Source: Cenococcum geophilum
Taxonomy: Eukaryota
DNA length: 64,000 nt
Assembly (NCBI GenBank): GCA_050273025.1
Contig: CP158635.1
Location: 24,056,001 to 24,120,000, forward strand
Direction: 5' to 3'
The notes below the pieces were generated by a model that made no database searches, was not told the DNA's origin, and was given only the letters and a program-made list of their open reading frames with translations. Positions 63,100 to 64,000 of this stretch are shown piece after piece. Made by a program: the position numbers and the translations under genes. How positions within the stretch are numbered: position 1 is the stretch's first letter; each line of letters starts with the position of its first letter.

Positions 63100-64000
63100 T
63101 ATAATATACTGGAGCGAATAGAGGTAAGAGATTGTGAGCGAGATTTTAATTATGCGCCTCGCGAACTTTATAATTGCGACCGTGGGCATATACTAGTTCT
63201 GGAAGATGATATATCTAATATAATATTATTAAAATTAAAATCTTTATCCTCTTTAATACTTATAGATATAGTATTAGCTTTTCCTTTACTAGTACGGGCC
63301 TATTTTCTTGATTTTTCTAGCTCTTTTAAAACTTATAGAACTATGGTAGATTATATTAGCGATATATCTATATTAAAGCTATAATAAATCCATATATTTA
63401 CGCTTCTCTGCTAGAGCTATTTTTTTTAGCAATAAATGTAGTTCGCGATATATATAAAATCCTATGCTAATAATACGCCTTCCACGCTTTAAAATTAAAA
63501 ACATTAATTCTTTGTCCACTATAATTGTTATTATAATACTATATTACGGATATATAAGATATACTAACATTAAAATAGCAGCTAAAAGGCTTAATTGACG
63601 CCTAAGATTATTCGCTCGAAAATGGGAGCATTTAACGGCGTTTGTATTCTTTATAATTGTAGAGAATATATTACTATCCATTTTACTATAATGTGGATTT
63701 ATTCCAGATGCAATATATATATATCGCTTATATTAATACTAGTTTATGATTTTATGGTTATTACTGTACTTTCCTATAACTGTGAATGTTAGAATGTGGA
63801 TATAGTATGGATTAATTAGGGATATAATATCTCTATACCTTTAATTGCGTCCAAAATTTCGTAGTATTGCTTATGGCTTATAGCCTCTATAATTGAAGCC
63901 ATGTGTTGCCTAATACTATCTTGGCCTATATTTCCGGCTCTAATAACCTAATAAATACCGCGAAGAATGTGGATTTGGTAATATATAATTATAGACTTTA
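63100..64000 (-). mobile_element. C-terminal part of a RIP-degraded MULE/Mutator-like DDE transposase, continuing off the right edge
   Basis: IIIYYQIHILRGI (CxxH motif after G>A) at ~63955-63995 and KNTNAVKCSHFRANNLRRQLSLLAAIL (TNxxExxH catalytic-Glu motif after G>A) at ~63572-63652. Confidence 0.6.

Noticed and set aside
60480..64000. Starship captain (DUF3435 tyrosine recombinase)
   Set aside because: No recognisable recombinase motifs; the readable motifs fit a MULE-like DDE enzyme.

Overview
Eukaryotic genomic DNA from a filamentous ascomycete (Pezizomycotina). Short GT-AG introns carry CTRAC branch points, and GC-balanced gene blocks alternate with AT-rich, TpA-rich/CpA-poor blocks typical of Repeat-Induced Point mutation (RIP). 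Intact genes: a hypothetical protein, a PX/PH-less phospholipase D divergent from cyanase, a C2H2 zinc-finger protein, a rhomboid protease, a divergent MFS transporter / Zn2Cys6 regulator pair, a ~1926-aa ZNFX1-like protein (CCCH finger, UPF1-type SF1 helicase, NF-X1 fingers, RING-like segment, C-terminal RZ finger) and a threonyl-tRNA synthetase. RIP-degraded mobile DNA: three Tad-clade LINEs (two with readable target-site duplications), a complete hAT element with an 8-bp TSD inserted in a partial Raptor/KOG1 duplicate, an ~8.1-kb Helentron/Helitron2-type rolling-circle element with readable termini, Tc1/mariner relics, and a terminal block with a MULE-like transposase plus an unknown gene whose many introns share one motif. 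The best candidate for an under-described system is the un-RIPped ZNFX1/RZ-finger gene isolated in the TE graveyard, a possible RNA-sensing ubiquitin-ligase defence gene. All calls are from reading the sequence; no database searches were run, and coordinates of degraded elements are approximate.
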